Below, piece by piece: positions 63,267 to 64,000 of a stretch of 64,000 bases of DNA (within the stretch, counting starts at the first letter, position 1; each line of letters begins with the position of its first letter). The translations under genes were made by a program, and so were the position numbers. The notes beneath the pieces are model-generated. The model was given only the letters and a program-made list of their open reading frames with translations, had not been told where the DNA came from and made no database searches. This DNA is from Opitutales bacterium (GTDB lineage: Bacteria > Verrucomicrobiota > Verrucomicrobiia > Opitutales > UBA2987): NCBI GenBank assembly GCA_965226885.1, contig CBDDEL010000012.1, positions 224,001 through 288,000 on the forward strand, read 5' to 3'.

Positions 63267-64000
63267 TTATTCTAAAACATGGGGGTCGAGCATTTTATCG
63301 ACCCGTATTTTATTGAGCTGAACGAACTTGGGAACCCCATTTTCATAAGGAATATCCATCTCGCCAAAGGTCAGAGGCAAGGCGTACTTGGTGAATTGAT
63401 AATTAAGACTGACACCGTCGTCATTTATCCAGGTGGCGGGAATCATCTTAACCCCATTGGCTACATCTTCAAGGTCGCACAGGCCGGTCTCGCAACTGTA
63501 TTGATCTCCATCCCCACGTATGAGGGTCACCATTTTCTCGGTTTCACCTTGTAAAACGGCCGCCTTTACCGCGGCCTGGCCCACCATAAACGATTCATTG
63601 TTATCCGTTTGCGAGGCGCAATGGGCCGCCGCCCGTTGACTGATGCCTAATTTGGCTACCCGCACTTTGATGCCCAGTTGCTGTTCCGCCATGGTGCGGA
63701 GATATTCTCCGGCGCCTCCCAACTGAGCGTGCCCGAAGGAGTCCGTCTGGGCGCTGGAAGTGGCCAGGTAATTGCCGTCCTGGTCAACGAGGCCCTCACC
63801 AACGACAACAAAACAAAACTTTCTTTTGCTCAGCACACGCTGCACGTCATCGAGGTATTTTTGGGGCGAAAAGGCGACTTCCGGCAGGTATATGAGGTGG
63901 GGCGGGTCGTTGGGGTGCTCCCGGCGTTTGGCCAGCGTGGAGCCGGCCGCGATCCAGCCAGCATTGCGGCCCATAACCTCGAGGATTGATACGAGGTCGC
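63267..64000 (-). CDS. 6-phosphofructokinase family (PfkA/PPi-type), 5' end outside window
   Basis: EVMGRNAGW, IYLPE, VVGEG, DSFGHAQLGG, QRAAAH. Confidence 0.88.
   Translation of the reverse strand, partial: DLVSILEVMGRNAGWIAAGSTLAKRREHPNDPPHLIYLPEVAFSPQKYLDDVQRVLSKRKFCFVVVGEGLVDQDGNYLATSSAQTDSFGHAQLGGAGEYLRTMAEQQLGIKVRVAKLGISQRAAAHCASQTDNNESFMVGQAAVKAAVLQGETEKMVTLIRGDGDQYSCETGLCDLEDVANGVKMIPATWINDDGVSLNYQFTKYALPLTFGEMDIPYENGVPKFVQLNKIRVDKMLDPHVLE

Noticed and set aside
1..64000. CRISPR array, tRNA, rRNA
   Set aside because: No regularly spaced repeat-spacer series; the repeats found are two-copy tandem duplications without spacers. No tRNA or rRNA-like sequence recognised by eye.

Overview
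Bacterial chromosomal window. Gene content and protein signatures suggest Verrucomicrobiota (Opitutia-like); this is inference, not a database result. It holds a ~21 kb minus-strand surface-polysaccharide operon (wzm/wzt, many glycosyl- and methyltransferases, Wzy-like gene). The operon is headed by a GbsR/MarR regulator, an RfaH/NusG paralog and an exact enterobacterial-type ops/JUMPstart motif. There are seven IS copies (3 IS1380, 2 IS1, 1 IS3, 1 IS630), six of them between 4.7 and 17.5 kb. Also present are an ERIC-like structured MITE, a degenerate integron cassette remnant, and housekeeping/metabolic genes (copA, scpB, ilvD, pgi, rsmI, pdxH, Fur + BtuF/BtuB-like uptake, sulfatases, PFK). 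The most striking pattern is about 11 perfect short tandem duplications (3-25 bp). Five of them frameshift otherwise intact genes, and one of those fuses an ECF sigma factor to its exported neighbour. With IS-linked deletions and homopolymer slips, this looks like a genome in early, active erosion with an unusual mutational signature, or a systematic assembly artefact that should be excluded first. No CRISPR array, tRNA or rRNA was seen.
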